From contig MU058221.1 in NCBI GenBank assembly GCA_013265495.1, positions 3,908,001 through 3,972,000 on the forward strand: 64,000 nucleotides of DNA. The letters run 5' to 3'. The notes below the pieces were generated by a model. The model made no database searches. It was not told where the DNA came from and saw only the letters and a program-made list of their open reading frames with translations. Positions 63,899-64,000 of this stretch are shown one piece after another (the stretch's first letter is position 1; the number at the start of each line of letters is the position of its first letter). This stretch comes from Vicugna vicugna (Eukaryota). The position numbers and the translations under genes are program-made.

Positions 63899-64000
63899 CC
63901 GAGACAGATGCTGGCCGGCGGGCTGTGTTCTGCAGACCATGGAGCCTGGGCATGCGGTGGGACTGTGCCCGGGGAATCCACTGCTTTGCAGCAGCCTGTC

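Noticed and set aside
1..64000. A host protein-coding gene or novel multi-gene system from the ORF track
   Set aside because: The ORFs are short, mostly start at non-ATG codons or in repeats, and are low-complexity. The only recognisable peptides are L1 and ERVL derived, and I found no consistent exon chain.

Overview
AT-rich mammalian genomic DNA, very likely camelid (camel/alpaca/llama), inferred from two Vic-1-like tRNA-derived SINEs and several young L1 3' ends of a type I recognise from camelids. I cannot support any host protein-coding gene or RNA gene. The window reads as intergenic or deep-intronic sequence layered with repeats: ancient MIR, L2, hAT MERs, MaLR/ERVL LTRs and L1M; intermediate ERV1 solo LTRs; and young L1/SINE insertions with intact target-site duplications (TSDs). 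The two longest ORFs are transposon-derived: an L1 ORF2 C-terminus (5666-6406) and a decayed ERVL integrase-end/dUTPase region (~46930-47620, minus). I found no new multi-gene system. The best observations are retrotransposition structures: an L1 3' end inserted at the TATA box of a CCAAT/octamer-rich LTR, a twin-primed L1 with a ~22-nt non-inverted arm, an L1 with a probable short 3' transduction, two L1 truncations at the same 3'UTR G-rich position, and a 17-bp direct repeat with a snap-back copy in a TA microsatellite. Family names come from remembered consensus sequences, not a search. Boundaries without TSDs are approximate.
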